In this document: positions 33,877 through 35,687 of the stretch, in pieces
Layout: every line of letters begins with the position of its first letter
How positions within the stretch are numbered: the stretch's first letter is position 1
From: a virus
DNA: 35,687 nt
IMG/VR virus record: IMGVR_UViG_3300027566_000018
Location: 1 to 35,687 of that record
Strand: one strand, 5' to 3'
Translations under genes and position numbers: made by a program
Notes under the pieces: generated by a model
What the model saw: the letters and a program-made list of their open reading frames with translations, nothing else
Databases searched by the model: none
What the model was told of the DNA's origin: nothing

Positions 33877-35687
33877 TGGCATGGGATGATCCGGTGGTCG
33901 AGCACGTCACAACGGGCCATGCCGACCAGTGGAACGGGATGGTCGCGTACCTGAAGACGCACGCGCACACAGGAACCTATCTCCCGGCCGCCGGGAAGGC
34001 GGCCGACTCGAACCTCCTCGACGGCCACGACAGCACGTATTTCTCGCCGGTCGGGCACCTGCACGCGGAGTACGCAGCCGCCGTCCACAACCACGACGCG
34101 GCCTACGCGCCGATCGCGAAGGGGGTCACGAACGGGGACAGCCACGATCATTCGGGCGGAGACGGGGCGCAGATCGCCTATGGCGGCCTTTCCGGGATCC
34201 CGTCGACCTTCGCGCCGTCGGGCCACAAGGCGAGCCACGCGACCGGTCAGGCCGACGCCCTCTCCCCCGCAGATATCGGAGCGGCCACGGCGGGGCACGA
34301 CCACGCAGGGACGTATCTCCCGGCCGGGACGAAGTTGGACGAGCTCGCCGCGCCGACGGACACGACGACGAACAACACCTCGACCACGGCCCACGGCCTC
34401 GCGCCGAAGCTGAACGGGAACGCCGACACGGTCCTGCAGGGGGACGGGATGTGGGGCCCGAAGGTCTCGGGAGAGGGAGGCGGGGACGTCACGGGGCCGG
34501 CCGCATCGGTCGACAACGCGATCGCGCGGTTCGACGGGACGAGCGGAAAGGTGATCCAGAGCTCCCTGAGCAGCATCGACGACCTCGGGAACCTCCACCT
34601 GCCGACCGGGACCACAGTCCTGATCAACGAGACCGCCATGAGCGCCGCCGATGTCGGGGCCGCGACGGCCGAGCACAGTCACCCGGGGGAGTTCGCCCCG
34701 CTCACCCACGCAGGGAACCACGCCGCGGCCGGTCCGGACTCCCTCCTCCCAGGGGACATCGGCGCCGCGACGGCAGGCCACGACCACGCCGGGACCTATC
34801 TCCCGGTCGACGGGACGGCCGCGGATGCGGCCCTCCTCGACGGGCACGACTTGTCCTACTTCTCCCAGGCGGGCCATACCCACGCCGAGTACGCTGCTGC
34901 GATCCACGACCACGACGCCGCCTACGTCTCGATCGTCGCGACCCCGACGGCCGGGAACCTCGCGGCCCTGACGGCAGGGGGAGAGATCGCGGACAGCGGG
35001 ACGGCCCCCGCCGACTTTGCCGCGGCAGGTCACGAGCACGCCGGGGTCTACGCGCCGGCCGCGGAGGGAGTCACTGGAGGGGATCTTCACGACCACAGCG
35101 GGGGAGACGGGGCACAGATCGCATATGGGGGCCTCTCCGGGATCCCGGAGACCTTCGCCCCGGAGGCCCACGCGGCGAGCCATGCGAGCGCCGGGACCGA
35201 CCCGATCGCACCGGCGGATATCGGGGCGGCAGCATCGGGGCACAACCACGACACGACCTACGCCCCGATCGCGAAGGGAGTGACCAACGGCGACGCGCAC
35301 GATCACTCGGGCGGGGACGGGGCACAGGTCGCGTATGCGGCCCTCTCAGGAGTCCCGTCGACGTTTGCCCCGTCGGCACACAAGACGAGCCATGCGACGG
35401 CAGGAGGAGACGCCCTGGCGCCCTCTGATATCGGAGCAGAGCCGGCGATCACGACCCTGCCGATCGCGAGAGGCGGGACCGGGACGGGCACGGCCCCGAC
35501 CTCCGGGCAGGTGCTCATCGGCACGGCAGCCGGGGGCTACGTCCCTGCCGTCCTCACCGAGGGGACGAACGTCACGATCACCGAGGGCGACGGCTCGATC
35601 ACGATTGCCGCAGCCGGCGGTGCGGGCGGCTCTGCCACACAAGTCTCGCCGGCCGCGATCACCATCGCCCATGCGACGACGGACGCA
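33876..35687 (+). CDS. His-x-His repeat tail fibre, 3'-truncated (absent from the ORF track)
   Basis: TGATG-coupled ATG at 33876; open for 604 codons to the window end (MAWDDPVVEH...); many HxH motifs; GDVTGP...DNAIARFDG. Confidence 0.88.
   Translation, partial: MAWDDPVVEHVTTGHADQWNGMVAYLKTHAHTGTYLPAAGKAADSNLLDGHDSTYFSPVGHLHAEYAAAVHNHDAAYAPIAKGVTNGDSHDHSGGDGAQIAYGGLSGIPSTFAPSGHKASHATGQADALSPADIGAATAGHDHAGTYLPAGTKLDELAAPTDTTTNNTSTTAHGLAPKLNGNADTVLQGDGMWGPKVSGEGGGDVTGPAASVDNAIARFDGTSGKVIQSSLSSIDDLGNLHLPTGTTVLINETAMSAADVGAATAEHSHPGEFAPLTHAGNHAAAGPDSLLPGDIGAATAGHDHAGTYLPVDGTAADAALLDGHDLSYFSQAGHTHAEYAAAIHDHDAAYVSIVATPTAGNLAALTAGGEIADSGTAPADFAAAGHEHAGVYAPAAEGVTGGDLHDHSGGDGAQIAYGGLSGIPETFAPEAHAASHASAGTDPIAPADIGAAASGHNHDTTYAPIAKGVTNGDAHDHSGGDGAQVAYAALSGVPSTFAPSAHKTSHATAGGDALAPSDIGAEPAITTLPIARGGTGTGTAPTSGQVLIGTAAGGYVPAVLTEGTNVTITEGDGSITIAAAGGAGGSATQVSPAAITIAHATTDA

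Larger units (their letters stand above)
1..35687 (+). mobile_element. Head-tailed archaeal virus or provirus (siphovirus-like), partial; both ends lie outside the window
   Basis: Canonical order terminase-portal-minor head-protease/scaffold-MCP-adaptors-tail tube-chaperone-tape measure-fibres. Pervasive ATGA/GTGA/TGATG overlaps. No sheath gene seen. Confidence 0.95.

Noticed and set aside
874-35428. Many long overlapping or antisense ORFs in the track (e.g. 25241..27958 minus, 9251..10786 minus, 7857..9659 plus, 33929..35428 plus)
   Set aside because: These are shadow ORFs of GC-rich coding DNA: Arg/Gly/Pro-rich, motif-less, and overlapping well-supported genes.
32538-35440. Diversity-generating retroelement TR/VR pair
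   Set aside because: Repeat copies differ mainly at synonymous third positions, not specifically at adenines. No reverse transcriptase is in the window.
1-35687. tRNA, rRNA, integrase or IS transposase
   Set aside because: No cloverleaf, rRNA-like tract, complete recombinase catalytic motif set or DDE/HUH transposase was recognised.

Overview
The window is a single gene-dense, GC-rich, almost entirely plus-strand segment of a head-tailed (Caudoviricetes, siphovirus-like) virus or provirus. It starts inside a P4/D5-type primase-helicase and ends inside a tail-fibre gene. The host is most likely a methanogenic archaeon of the Methanomicrobiales type (inference from archaeal TATA boxes, a DUF2080-like gene, an MCM-like C-terminal winged helix, an archaeal PKD domain and a NosD-beta-helix/dockerin surface protein). 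Gene order: replication and accessory genes; holin-like and small genes; terS, terL, portal and gpF-like minor head protein; a ~6.5 kb non-structural block (Zn ribbons, Myb-like regulator, interrupted PD-(D/E)XK nuclease, host-like dockerin protein); protease/scaffold, decoration protein and encapsulin-like MCP; head-tail and tail genes; tape measure; fibres. The most notable signals are: (1) a UUU-CGC +1 frameshift site linking the tail chaperone to a hidden 49-codon extension; (2) a host-type secreted dockerin protein preceded by a hairpin-rich leader; (3) a tape measure protein with 111-nt repeats and a PKD domain; (4) nested scaffold starts and a recurring hydrophobic-x-Asn motif; (5) a short helical motif shared by six accessory proteins; (6) a diverged paralogue pair. 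All family assignments come from motif recognition by eye; no searches were run. No integrase, tRNA, rRNA or CRISPR array was seen.
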